A stretch of 64,000 nt of DNA from Clostridia bacterium (GCA_045123995.1 JBGVKY010000026.1:73600-137599), one strand, 5' to 3'; positions 8,810 through 18,413 are shown, counted from the first letter of the stretch. The notes: generated by a model from the sequence alone, not told the origin. A program made the numbers and translations.

Positions 8810-9859
8810 TTGATTTTGAAAATAAAAAATAAAACCTTGCTATTTGCAACGGTTAACTTTGTAACTGTAAAAATATTTACTTTTACAAGTCAAAGTATTA
8901 TTGATGCAGGCCAAAACAGTGCTTGGATTATGGTTATATTGAATACTTTTATAAACGCTTTTTTGTTTTATATTATATATCGGCTTTTTTTGAGAAGCGG
9001 AAAGAAAGATATTTTTTCCATCATGACGCCTTTTTTAAGGAAGACTTTTTCTGTTTTGGTATTTTCATACTTTATTTTTACCGCGGGAATTACCCTAAGG
9101 CTTTTAATTCAGGGAGTAATAAGGAACTTTATGCCCGAATCTCCGTCGCTATTTATTTCTTCTTTTTTTATAATTGCAATAATTTATGGAGCCACAAAGG
9201 GGATAAATTCAAATCTTTCCCTTTCGTTAGTTATAGCACCATTACTGGCCTTTACCATAATTGTTTCTGTGGTAATGCTTCCTTATTATGATTTTACCAA
9301 TTTATTTCCGATTTTAGGGGAGAATAATTTTTATATAAAATCTATTTATGCATTTAACTATTTTTCTGATTTTTTGATATTTATACTTTTGATGCCTTAT
9401 ATTGAAAATAAAGGAAACTTCCTTAAAACTGGGCTTTGGGCTATATTTGTTTCCGGTGCGGTGTGCCTTTTGGTAGTCCTTTGCCAGATTTTATCAATCC
9501 CTTTGGAGAAAGAGGTTTTTTCGCCTTTTTACTATATGGTTACGTTTTTATCAGGAAGCAGAAGCCCTATAAATTTTGTGAAAATATTCAAGCTTTTATT
9601 TCTTTTTAATTTTCTTTTGTATTTTTCCACAGCAACAGCTCTTGCAACGTATACATTGAAAAGAGGGTTTTCAATAAAATATGAAAAAAAGCTTGTGGGA
9701 GTATGCGCACTTTTGATTTTACTGACAGAAGAGGTTTTGCAGGGCTCTTGTGTTTTTCTGGATGTGTATACTGTATTTTATAAGTATTCCTTTATTATCT
9801 TTCCTTTGATTCCGTTGCTTTCTTATGCCTTTACTAAAAAGAAGGGGATTGAAAAATGA
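8810..9859 (+). CDS. Spore germinant receptor B subunit (APC-superfamily-like integral membrane protein)
   Basis: About 10 TM helices. It is coupled to the A subunit. TTG start at 8810 or 8816 after GAGGGG. Confidence 0.8.
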   Translation: MILKIKNKTLLFATVNFVTVKIFTFTSQSIIDAGQNSAWIMVILNTFINAFLFYIIYRLFLRSGKKDIFSIMTPFLRKTFSVLVFSYFIFTAGITLRLLIQGVIRNFMPESPSLFISSFFIIAIIYGATKGINSNLSLSLVIAPLLAFTIIVSVVMLPYYDFTNLFPILGENNFYIKSIYAFNYFSDFLIFILLMPYIENKGNFLKTGLWAIFVSGAVCLLVVLCQILSIPLEKEVFSPFYYMVTFLSGSRSPINFVKIFKLLFLFNFLLYFSTATALATYTLKRGFSIKYEKKLVGVCALLILLTEEVLQGSCVFLDVYTVFYKYSFIIFPLIPLLSYAFTKKKGIEK

Positions 9860-11082
9860 AATATTATATAGTTTTTATTATATTGCTTTCAATTTTCCTG
9901 GTATCTACCGGCGGTTTCTATGATGCAAAAGAGATTTCTGATACCGTTTCGGTTGTAGCTATGGCTATAGATAAAGGAGAAAATATGCCACTTAGGGTCT
10001 CGTTTCATATTGAAAGTGCAGGAGGAAAGGAAGGGGAAGAAGAAAAGAAAGGCGGAGAAGAAAAAGAAGGTGAGAACAAAAAAAGCAAAGATGTTGTTGC
10101 TGTAGAAGCTCCTACTATTTTATCAGCATTCGCCAGAGCCAACAGTGTAAACAGCTTGGATTTAAATGTTGACAACGTGAAAATGGTGATTTTTTCTAAA
10201 GAACTGGCTGAAGAAGGTATATTTTTGCCCGTTAAAGAGCTGGCTTCTTCAACGGAGTTTCAGAACAATGCCTATCTTTCAGTAGCAAAAGGGAAAGCAG
10301 AGGATGTACTAAATAATGTTACTCCTGAGGACGAGGAGTATCTTTCTGTTTACTATGAAAAGATAATTTTTAGACATTACAGTTCTGCTACCAGGAATTT
10401 TCTTTTGAGCGAGACTTATTTCTCTCTTATAGAGGAAGATGGTGGAGATTTTCTTCTTCCTTTGGTATCAGTAAGAAAAAAAGACGGCTTCGAAAACTCA
10501 TTTAGTGACGATGTAAGTTCGAACCTGACAGCAGGGATGATACCTAAAGAATCTAAGCATAAAATCGAATTTTTAGGTGGTGCGGTGTTTTCGGAAGGGA
10601 AGCTTAAAGGATACCTTACGGAAAGCGAGATGCTTTCAGCAGGCTTTATAATGAGTTTTTTTGCTACAAGAGATATAAGTGTTGAATATCCTGAAAAATC
10701 GGGGAATTTTGTAACATTGAATTTAGAAGAACACTATAAAAGTAAAATGGATATAGAGGCAAAAGATAAAATGAAAACTTCGGTAAAGCTATACTTGAAA
10801 GGAACGTACGAATTTATTCCCGAGGGAAATTTCGATACATTTAGAAAAGACTTTCCCGAATACCTCAAAAAAACAATAAAAAAAGATGCCGAGGAAGTTA
10901 TAAAGAAATGTATTTTTAATTACAATGCAGATATTTTCGGTATAAAAAAAGAAGCTAAAAAAGAATTTTTAACCAAAGCGAAAATGGATGAATATAAGAT
11001 TCCTGTAAAAATTAAAAGTGCAGAGTTTAATGTAGAGGTGAAGCTCAAAATGACAGAAAACGGGAGGTTTGCCGAAAGATGA
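9856..11082 (+). CDS. Spore germinant receptor C subunit (GerAC-like). It has an N-terminal signal-anchor without a lipobox Cys and a low-complexity E/K-rich insert
   Basis: GerC-like size and position. Overlapping start (ATGA). MKYYIVFIILLSIFLVSTGG has no Cys. Insert EGEEEKKGGEEKEGENKK. Confidence 0.7.
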   Translation: MKYYIVFIILLSIFLVSTGGFYDAKEISDTVSVVAMAIDKGENMPLRVSFHIESAGGKEGEEEKKGGEEKEGENKKSKDVVAVEAPTILSAFARANSVNSLDLNVDNVKMVIFSKELAEEGIFLPVKELASSTEFQNNAYLSVAKGKAEDVLNNVTPEDEEYLSVYYEKIIFRHYSSATRNFLLSETYFSLIEEDGGDFLLPLVSVRKKDGFENSFSDDVSSNLTAGMIPKESKHKIEFLGGAVFSEGKLKGYLTESEMLSAGFIMSFFATRDISVEYPEKSGNFVTLNLEEHYKSKMDIEAKDKMKTSVKLYLKGTYEFIPEGNFDTFRKDFPEYLKKTIKKDAEEVIKKCIFNYNADIFGIKKEAKKEFLTKAKMDEYKIPVKIKSAEFNVEVKLKMTENGRFAER

Positions 11083-11258
11083 TTATATTTGTTAAAATAG
11101 CTGAAATTCTTTTTATGGCACTTACCCTGATACGTACTGCGGTATACGGAATATGGACAATTAAAAACCGAAATGTTTCCGGTGGCATTTTTATTATTTT
11201 TTTGTGTATAACCTCAATAGCACTTTTTGTCATGACCCTTATAACCGATTACAGATAA
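11079..11258 (+). CDS. 59-aa two-TM small membrane protein, candidate germinant-receptor D subunit
   Basis: ATG overlaps the gerC stop (ATGA). Sequence MIIFVKIAEILFMALTLIRTAVYGIWTIKNRNVSGGIFIIFLCITSIALFVMTLITDYR has two hydrophobic helices. Not in the ORF track. Confidence 0.5.
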   Translation: MIIFVKIAEILFMALTLIRTAVYGIWTIKNRNVSGGIFIIFLCITSIALFVMTLITDYR

Positions 11259-11291
11259 TTCTTTACAAAAAAACAAAAATGTATTATAATT

Positions 11292-11330
11292 TATGCGGAG
11301 AGATTAGAAGATTTCTCCGCACAATTTTTG
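11292..11330 (+). terminator. Hairpin plus T-run, likely terminator of the ger operon (or leader element of ruvX)
   Basis: TGCGGAGA-gattagaagatt-TCTCCGCA followed by CAATTTTTG. Confidence 0.5.
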
Positions 11331-11347
11331 TGAAAAAGGGGATTTTT

Positions 11348-11758
11348 ATGAGAATAATGGGGATAGATTACGGTGATGTAAGAATAGGTATTGCCGTAAG
11401 TGATTTAACCGGAATGATTGCACAGGGAGTCGGAGTAATTTCAGGCAGAGACGAAGAAAAGCGTCTTTCAGAGCTTGATACATATATGAAAGAATACAAC
11501 CCTGAAACTGTGGTGTTGGGCTATCCTTTGAATATGAACGGGACAAAAGGAGAGCGTGCTGAAAAATCAGAGGCTTTCAAGGATGTGTTAGTTAAAAAAT
11601 ACAACGTTAATGTGGTTTTGTGGGACGAAAGACTTTCCTCTATGGCAGCACACCGTACATTGGAAGAAGCGGGAGTGAGCGGAAAGAAGCGCAAGGGTAA
11701 GGTTGATCCCCTTGCGGCAGCTTTTATACTTCAGGGATATTTGGACAGTAAGTTTTAA
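11348..11758 (+). CDS. ruvX: Putative pre-16S rRNA nuclease / Holliday-junction-resolvase-like YqgF (RuvX)
   Basis: MRIMGIDYGDVRIGIAVSD start typical of the YqgF RNase H fold. RBS AAAAGGGGA is present. The in-frame upstream extension in the ORF track is not coding-like. Confidence 0.85.
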   Translation: MRIMGIDYGDVRIGIAVSDLTGMIAQGVGVISGRDEEKRLSELDTYMKEYNPETVVLGYPLNMNGTKGERAEKSEAFKDVLVKKYNVNVVLWDERLSSMAAHRTLEEAGVSGKKRKGKVDPLAAAFILQGYLDSKF

Positions 11759-11772
11759 TTTGGAGGATAAAA

Positions 11773-12297
11773 ATGCCTAATTTCAGAAAAGCAGAAGATA
11801 AGGATATAGATGAAGTAGTAAAGATTTACGAAGAAATACATACTTTAGAAGAACAAGGAATTACAAGTGTGGGATGGATTAGAGGTGTGTATCCCACTTA
11901 CGATACTGCTAATAATGCTTTTGGACGCGGAGATTTGTTTGTTGCGGAAAATGAAGGAAAAATAATAGGCTCTGCAATTATAAATAAAATACAGATGGAT
12001 TCCTATAAAGAAGGAAAATGGCACTACGAAGCACCAGAAGACGAAGTTATGGTGCTTCACACTCTTGTTATTTCTCAGAAAGAAGCAAAAAAAGGATACG
12101 GAATGGAATTTGTGAAGTTTTATGAAGAATATGCTTTGTCACACGGCTGTAAACATTTAAGAATGGATACAAACGAGAAGAATCAAAGAGCAAGAACTTT
12201 GTATAAAAAACTGGGATATAACGAAATAGGCATAGTGGATTGTGTATTTAATGGGATAAAGGGTGTTGGCTTGGTTTTACTTGAGAAAAAACTTTAA
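11773..12297 (+). CDS. GNAT-family N-acetyltransferase
   Basis: Size and acetyl-CoA-binding-type motifs are present. RBS GGAGGA. Confidence 0.7.
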   Translation: MPNFRKAEDKDIDEVVKIYEEIHTLEEQGITSVGWIRGVYPTYDTANNAFGRGDLFVAENEGKIIGSAIINKIQMDSYKEGKWHYEAPEDEVMVLHTLVISQKEAKKGYGMEFVKFYEEYALSHGCKHLRMDTNEKNQRARTLYKKLGYNEIGIVDCVFNGIKGVGLVLLEKKL

Positions 12298-12325
12298 TAC
12301 TTTTGAAGGCTGAAAGGAGTCGGAT

Positions 12326-13093
12326 ATGTCTGAGTTTTTATTTTTGGGAACAGGAGCAGCAGACTGGGATATTTCTGACAAAAAGAATTTTGTAAGAAGG
12401 CATTCTGCAGCTTTGGTAAATTATAATCTTATGATAGATTGTGGAAGACATATATTTGATTTTGAAGAGAGTTTTGGAAAAGAAAATCTCTATGATAACA
12501 TCAAAGATGTAATTATAACACATCCTCATGGAGATCATGTTTCTAAAGATTCAATACTTAAGCTGTCGAAAAAAAGAAAGTTTAATTTGTGGTGCGACAG
12601 AAAAATTGCAGAACTCGTGGGAAAGCATCCTAATATTGAAATCCATATATTAAATGCGTTCAAAGAAGAAAAAATCGGCGAATATAAAGTAATTCCCCTT
12701 ATGGCGAACCACAGCGTTGTGACCAATGAAAATTCGACAGCTTTTCACTACATAATAGAAACTTATGATGGGAAAAAGATTTTTTACGGACTTGACGGAG
12801 CTTGGTTTTTAAGACCATCGTGGGAGGAAATGAAGAAACATAAGTTTGACATCATGGTATTCGACTGCACAGTGGGAGAGGGGGAGGACTGGAGACTTTT
12901 TGAGCATAACACCATCCCTATGCTGAGGCTTATGACAAATGAGATAAAAAGACAGAATATGTTGTCGGAAAATGGTAAACTTATAGCTTCTCATATGGCA
13001 AAAAGCTTACACGGCACTCATGAAGAAACCGAAAGTATACTCGGGGAGTTTGATATGACAGCGGCTTACGACGGGCTATTACTTTCGTTTTAA
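12326..13093 (+). CDS. MBL-fold metallo-hydrolase
   Basis: HxHxDH motif ITHPHGDHV. RBS GAAAGGAG. Confidence 0.8.
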   Translation: MSEFLFLGTGAADWDISDKKNFVRRHSAALVNYNLMIDCGRHIFDFEESFGKENLYDNIKDVIITHPHGDHVSKDSILKLSKKRKFNLWCDRKIAELVGKHPNIEIHILNAFKEEKIGEYKVIPLMANHSVVTNENSTAFHYIIETYDGKKIFYGLDGAWFLRPSWEEMKKHKFDIMVFDCTVGEGEDWRLFEHNTIPMLRLMTNEIKRQNMLSENGKLIASHMAKSLHGTHEETESILGEFDMTAAYDGLLLSF

Positions 13094-13097
13094 CTAA

Positions 13098-14165
13098 TTA
13101 AATCTTTTTTAATCGGTAAAGAAAAGACGCTAGAGCGATTGTTAATCCGGATAATGTTTTTTTGACAGAAACGTTATCGCCGTTAACCGGTTCACCCTCT
13201 CCTAAATATTTTTGGAAAATATTCATGATTCCTAAAGTTGCGTGTTGTCTTAGAGTAGGAGGTAGACTCATAATCTCGTCAGAAACCGATTCTATATAAC
13301 CGGAAAGTATCCCTTGTTTGCATAAAGGTCTTAAATTACCTTTATCATCAAGAATCGCCTCTATATTGTGAAGCCCACGGAATGATTCGAAGTAGTACGT
13401 GTTTTCAAAAGGGACAAGTCTTTTTCCCAATGCATTTACATAATCATTGCAAGCAGAAAAACCGAAAACTTTATATCGTCGTTTTTCGTAGTCGATGTTT
13501 AGGTTTTCTTTGAATGAATCGAGCGCTTCAGGAGAAAACCCTTGCCCGTTAAAAGAAAAGCACAATTTTATTATATCGGAATTCATGGTGATGAATTGCG
13601 CTTTGTTTCCGCCCTTCGAGTGACCTGAAACTGTGATTTTAGAATATATGCCCCAGGAATTTTCTGAAGCTTTTTTGTTAAACCAGTTTAATGCTTCGGT
13701 TTGTTGATCGGTAGCGTAGTCGTTTTTAAGAGTAATGAAATTTTCGGCCTTGCCGTCTTTAGCATAGGTTATGTAAGTATTTTCTTCCGGAATCCCTGAC
13801 AAACCTTCGCCGTTATCGATCCATTCACCGTCTCCGGTCCCTTTGAAAACCACGGAAATAGTATTGTCAGGATTATCGAAACAACAGGCAGTAAGTCCGC
13901 TTTTTGAATAAGTGAAGTTTATAAGCTTTGAATCTGATAGAAATTCGTTATCAGAAACAGCATTTTTTATGATGTTTAATCTTTGTATGTCCCGCTTTTT
14001 CCACGGGACAGTTTTTTCGTTTAAATAGGCGTTTTCCAAATCTGATACTATGGTCTTCAAAGTTTTATTTTCTTTTGGGAGGCTCTTATCAGCTAAATAC
14101 AAATAAGTATTTAATATCGCTTCGTTATTAGCTTTCTTAATCAATTCAAGGGGAATTTTATTCAT
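13098..14165 (-). CDS. Alpha/beta-hydrolase, lipase-like (DUF2974/Mbeg1-like)
   Basis: GHSKGG nucleophile-elbow motif. Start chosen at MNKIPLELIKK (ATG 14165). The upstream extension to 14312 in the ORF track is unlikely. Confidence 0.55.
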   Translation of the reverse strand: MNKIPLELIKKANNEAILNTYLYLADKSLPKENKTLKTIVSDLENAYLNEKTVPWKKRDIQRLNIIKNAVSDNEFLSDSKLINFTYSKSGLTACCFDNPDNTISVVFKGTGDGEWIDNGEGLSGIPEENTYITYAKDGKAENFITLKNDYATDQQTEALNWFNKKASENSWGIYSKITVSGHSKGGNKAQFITMNSDIIKLCFSFNGQGFSPEALDSFKENLNIDYEKRRYKVFGFSACNDYVNALGKRLVPFENTYYFESFRGLHNIEAILDDKGNLRPLCKQGILSGYIESVSDEIMSLPPTLRQHATLGIMNIFQKYLGEGEPVNGDNVSVKKTLSGLTIALASFLYRLKKI

Positions 14166-14341
14166 AAAAAGAGACCTTTCTTTTATCTTTATTCTCTTAT
14201 ATGAAGCATTCTGTATTACAATTACAGTAAATACGGAATATTTGGAGTTAAAATTAAAAGTGTTTGATAATTTTCGGCATGTTCTTTTGTTTTTGGGAAT
14301 ATATTGAACCATACGATGAATTTGTATGGGAGGAAATATAT

Positions 14342-14602
14342 GTGAAATGTTATATAGAAGAACGGGCGGTCGAGCTTGCTAAGTATATTATTGATAATAA
14401 ATGCACGGTAAGGACTACGGCGAAACACTTCGGCATTTCTAAATCTACTGTACATAAAGATGTTACGGAACGGCTTAAGAAAGTTAAACCTGCTTTGGCA
14501 AAGGAGGTATACGAAATATTAAAGGAAAACAAAGAAGAAAGGCACATAAGGGGAGGACTTGCTACAAAAAAGAAATATTTCGAAAAACGTATAGGAAAAT
14601 AA
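14342..14602 (+). CDS. spoIIID: Stage III sporulation protein D (SpoIIID), a small HTH mother-cell transcription factor
   Basis: GTG start 8 nt after GGGAGG (14328-14333). Sequence VKCYIEERAVELAKYIIDNKCTVRTTAKHFGISKSTVHKDVTERL closely matches the SpoIIID HTH region. Confidence 0.85.
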   Translation: MKCYIEERAVELAKYIIDNKCTVRTTAKHFGISKSTVHKDVTERLKKVKPALAKEVYEILKENKEERHIRGGLATKKKYFEKRIGK

Positions 14603-14654
14603 AAAATAGTATTGTTATAATTGGAAAAATGTGATATACTTCTACTGGTGATGT

Positions 14655-15779
14655 TTGGTGAAGAAAAAAAGCTTTAAGTATTTTGTAAATAACTTTGACT
14701 GGTATATATTTATTGCGGCAGTTTTGTCCAGTGTTTTTGGAATTATGCTTATTTACAGTGCAGGCATAGCAGGAGGGACAAACGTACGAGACCTTTTGGT
14801 TCAGAGCGTTGCTCTTTTGCTGGGAATCGGCGTGATGGCATTGGTTTGCTATATCGATTATGACATTTTCGAGGTTTTGGGCTGGGCGATAGGCGGAGTC
14901 GGAGTCGCTGTTTTGATTGTCGTGCTTGTAATCGGAACCGGCGGAGAAGAAGTTGGAACAAAGGGCTGGATTGATTTGGGACCGGTCAGCGTACAACCCT
15001 CGGAATTTGCTAAAATTGCTTTTATTATTTCGATGGCTATGCACATTTCCAAGGTTGAGGAAAAGATAAATGAGCCTAAGAATTTATTCTTTTTAATACT
15101 TCATTTCAGTGTATATGCTGCATTGGTGTTGTTTCAGCCGGACTATGGAACCACTATGGTTTTCGGATTCACTTTTATTGGAATGCTCTTTATGGCGGGG
15201 GTGAGAATAAAATACTTTCTCATGGCGATATCTGCAGCTTTGGTTGCAGCTATTCCTGTATGGACGTTTGTCTTAAGCGATTTCCAGAGAGCCAGAATAC
15301 TGACGTTCTTGAATCCTGAAAATTCGCCTTTGGATGATGGATATCAGGTACTTCAATCCATGCTCGCTATTGGTTCCGGCCAAATAACCGGAAACGGATA
15401 CATGAAAGGAAATCAGACGCAGATGGGCTATCTTCCGCAGGCGAGAACAGACTTTATTTTTTCAGTAGCAGGGGAAGAGTTTGGATTTATAGGTTGTCTT
15501 TTAATACTGGCACTCTTGCTTTTTATAATTATAAGATGCTTTATAAATGCTTCAAAAGCCAAAGATACATTTGGAAGACTCCTTTGTATAGGGGTGGGAT
15601 GCTTTCTTTTGTTCCACACAATGGAAAATATCGGCATGTGCTTGAATCTTTTGCCGGTAACCGGAATACCGCTTCCATTTTTCAGTTCGGGAGGCTCAAA
15701 TCTCTTAGCTTCATACATGGCGATAGGTCTTGTGCTTAATGTCGGATTGAGACATAAGGTTTATGGACTTTGGATGTAA
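14655..15779 (+). CDS. SEDS-family protein (FtsW/RodA/SpoVE)
   Basis: 10-TM SEDS architecture with conserved C-terminal PVTGIPLPFFSSGGSNLLA. Confidence 0.85.
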   Translation: MVKKKSFKYFVNNFDWYIFIAAVLSSVFGIMLIYSAGIAGGTNVRDLLVQSVALLLGIGVMALVCYIDYDIFEVLGWAIGGVGVAVLIVVLVIGTGGEEVGTKGWIDLGPVSVQPSEFAKIAFIISMAMHISKVEEKINEPKNLFFLILHFSVYAALVLFQPDYGTTMVFGFTFIGMLFMAGVRIKYFLMAISAALVAAIPVWTFVLSDFQRARILTFLNPENSPLDDGYQVLQSMLAIGSGQITGNGYMKGNQTQMGYLPQARTDFIFSVAGEEFGFIGCLLILALLLFIIIRCFINASKAKDTFGRLLCIGVGCFLLFHTMENIGMCLNLLPVTGIPLPFFSSGGSNLLASYMAIGLVLNVGLRHKVYGLWM

Positions 15780-15812
15780 AAAACCGTTTGCTTTGCAAAC
15801 GGTTTTTTTATA
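15780..15812 (+). terminator. Rho-independent terminator
   Basis: AAACCGTTTGC-TTTG-CAAACGGTTT followed by T7. Confidence 0.85.
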
Positions 15813-15864
15813 AAATTGCCCTAAGACAGGAAGCAGGAAATATTTATACTATGCAATTATACTA

Positions 15865-15893
15865 TTGAAAAAAATGTATTTTTATGGTATACT
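15865..15893 (+). promoter_or_regulatory. Sigma-A-like promoter TTGAAA-N17-TATACT
   Basis: Read from sequence upstream of the MATE gene. Confidence 0.5.
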
Positions 15894-15904
15894 GATACAC
15901 TGAG

Positions 15905-17287
15905 GTGAGATTTTTGCTTAAAAAACTTTTTGCTCCGACAGATATGACAGTCGGCACTCCGTGGAAGAGCATACTTATATTTACTCTTCCTATGATTATA
16001 GGTAATATTGCTCAGCAACTTTATAATACTGTTGACAGTATTGTTGTGGGAAGATATGTTGGAGATAATGCCTTTGGTGCAGTAGGTAGTGCAGGCCCCC
16101 TGCTTAATTTGCTTTTAGTTCTCTTTATGGGAGTATCCACCGGTGCGGGAGTTATGACTGCCCAGTATTTCGGAGCCAAGAACAGAGAAAAACTTTCTTA
16201 TACAGTTGGAAATGCTATTACACTTACGGCTATATGCAGTGTTCTGCTCATAATAATTGCCGCGCCTATTCTTGGGTGGATGCTCGGAGTATTAAAGGTT
16301 AAACCGGAACATTTTAAGTGGTGTTATGACTATCTTATGATTTCCATTATCGGTATTGCGGGAATGGGATATTATAACATATTGAGCGGTATTATAAGAG
16401 GTATGGGGGATTCTGTATCTGCGCTTATTTATCTTTTGGTTGCAACAGTTACCAATATTGTTTTAGATATTTTGTTTGTGGCAAATTTAGGAATGGAAGT
16501 CGGGGGAGTTGCTCTTGCAACGGTAATTTCTCAGTTATTTTCTTCGGTTTTGTGTATTGTTAAGCTCAGCAAAATGAAAGAGAACTTTGATTTCGGATTG
16601 AAATACCTCAAACCAAAGAAAGAATATATGATGAAGATAATAACCCTTGGAGTGCCCTCGGGACTTACCCAGGCTATATTCTCTTCTGCTATGCTCATTG
16701 TACAGGGGCTTACAAACAGTTTTACAACGACATTTGTAAATGCAAACATAATAATTATGCGAGTTGACGGTTTTGCAATGATGCCTAATTTCTCCTTTGG
16801 AATGGCGCTTACTACATATGCAGGACAGAATGTTGGAGCGAAGCTTTATGACAGAGTAACAAAAGGAGCAAAACAGGGAACCTTAATGGCTTTTGGATGC
16901 TCTGCTATAATTACGGGAATCATTCTTCTTTTCGGTAAAAATCTCATGGGTGTATTCACCCAAACAAAAGAACTCATAGATTTAAGCTATCATCTTATGA
17001 CGATTTTAGCTCCCGGTTATCTTGCTATGGCAATAACCCAGAGCTTGTCGGGAATTATGCGCGGTGCAGGAGATACAATGACTCCCATGTGGATTTCTCT
17101 TATGACAACCGTTGCCATAAGAGTGCCGCTTGCGTACGGAATTTCAGAACTTACAAAAACTCCGGAGTTACCTTTCGGAAGGCACGAGTGCATCCAACTT
17201 TCACTTCTGGCTTCCTGGGTTATTGGAGCTATACTTACAGCTATTTTCTATTCAAGAGGAAAGTGGAAGAATAAAGCCGTAAACTGA
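15905..17287 (+). CDS. MATE-family efflux transporter
   Basis: 12-TM architecture with typical MATE N-terminus ILIFTLPMIIGNIAQQLYNTVDSIVVG. The start is ambiguous (GTG 15905 or ATG 15941). Confidence 0.85.
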   Translation: MRFLLKKLFAPTDMTVGTPWKSILIFTLPMIIGNIAQQLYNTVDSIVVGRYVGDNAFGAVGSAGPLLNLLLVLFMGVSTGAGVMTAQYFGAKNREKLSYTVGNAITLTAICSVLLIIIAAPILGWMLGVLKVKPEHFKWCYDYLMISIIGIAGMGYYNILSGIIRGMGDSVSALIYLLVATVTNIVLDILFVANLGMEVGGVALATVISQLFSSVLCIVKLSKMKENFDFGLKYLKPKKEYMMKIITLGVPSGLTQAIFSSAMLIVQGLTNSFTTTFVNANIIIMRVDGFAMMPNFSFGMALTTYAGQNVGAKLYDRVTKGAKQGTLMAFGCSAIITGIILLFGKNLMGVFTQTKELIDLSYHLMTILAPGYLAMAITQSLSGIMRGAGDTMTPMWISLMTTVAIRVPLAYGISELTKTPELPFGRHECIQLSLLASWVIGAILTAIFYSRGKWKNKAVN

Positions 17288-17290
17288 ATC

Positions 17291-17319
17291 TTCAAAACGT
17301 ATAAAATCTATGATATACT
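17291..17319 (+). promoter_or_regulatory. Sigma-A-like promoter TTCAAA-N17-TATACT
   Basis: Read from sequence. Followed by a structured leader (see findings). Confidence 0.45.
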
Positions 17320-17468
17320 GAGTTTGCAAGACAAACTCAATGAATTGCCTTACGGCATGAGCGGAACGCCAATTTATGACAACGAAGTTGTCAATTCATT
17401 AAAATTGGGAACATCTAAATCGTATAAAAATTCTAGAATAGTTTAAACCATTAAAAAGGAGAAATTTT

Positions 17469-18413
17469 ATGTCAGATAGCTTTTTGGGTACCTTGTCACC
17501 TTTACTTATGTTGTTTTTTTGCATTTTGTTCGGATATATTCTAAACAAGCTTAAAATTATGCCGGAGTCCACTACAACGGTACTTTCAAAATGTGAAAAG
17601 TATCTGTTTATGCCGGCTTTAGGATATTCAACTTTTTCTAAATATTGCACGGTTAAAAGTATTTATGAAAATGCAAATGTTGTTTTATATTCTCTGATAG
17701 CAATAGCAATAGCCTTAGTAATAGCTATTCCTCTTTCAAGATGTTTTGAAAAAGACGATATAAATAAAAGAAATATTTATAAGTATGCATTGGTTTTTGC
17801 AAATCATGGCTTTATGGGTAATGCCATAGTTCCCCTTGTTTTAGGAGGACAGAGTCATTTATATACATATCTTTTGTTTACGTTGCCTCTTAATTTTTTA
17901 ACTTATGCATGGGGAGTTGTGATTCTTACACCGAAAGAATTGCGCTCAGGCAATGTGTTTAAAAATCTGCTTAATGCACCAATGATAGGAATGCTTGCCG
18001 GGATGGTTATAGGTCTTACAGGCACACAACAATATATACCCCAGTTTGTAAATACTACTGCCGAAACTCTTCAAGGTTGTATGGGTCCTGTTGCAATGAT
18101 ACTTACAGGTTTTGTTATTGGTAATTATGAATTTAAGGGCTTAATCTCGAATGCAAAAGTTTATATAGCAACTTTTTTAAGATTGATACTTCTTCCGACT
18201 GTAATTTTGACAGTTCTGCTATTACTTGGTGCAAGTAAATATACTATTGCACTTGCATTGTTTGCATATGCAACACCGCTTGGTTTAAATACAGTTGTTT
18301 TCCCGGCGGTTTATGGGGGAGATACGCAAACAGGTGCAAGTATGGCTATGATAAGCCACGTCTTATGTGTTATAACAATACCTGTAATGTATGGCTTGCT
18401 AACTCTGATTTAA
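17469..18413 (+). CDS. AEC-family (auxin efflux carrier / malate permease-like) membrane transporter
   Basis: Two 5-TM halves at AEC length. RBS AAAGGAGA. Confidence 0.75.
   Translation: MSDSFLGTLSPLLMLFFCILFGYILNKLKIMPESTTTVLSKCEKYLFMPALGYSTFSKYCTVKSIYENANVVLYSLIAIAIALVIAIPLSRCFEKDDINKRNIYKYALVFANHGFMGNAIVPLVLGGQSHLYTYLLFTLPLNFLTYAWGVVILTPKELRSGNVFKNLLNAPMIGMLAGMVIGLTGTQQYIPQFVNTTAETLQGCMGPVAMILTGFVIGNYEFKGLISNAKVYIATFLRLILLPTVILTVLLLLGASKYTIALALFAYATPLGLNTVVFPAVYGGDTQTGASMAMISHVLCVITIPVMYGLLTLI

Noticed and set aside
14562-15044. 160-aa minus-strand ORF antisense to the SEDS gene, and 14222..14455 antisense to spoIIID
   Set aside because: They overlap strongly supported genes on the other strand and have no start signals
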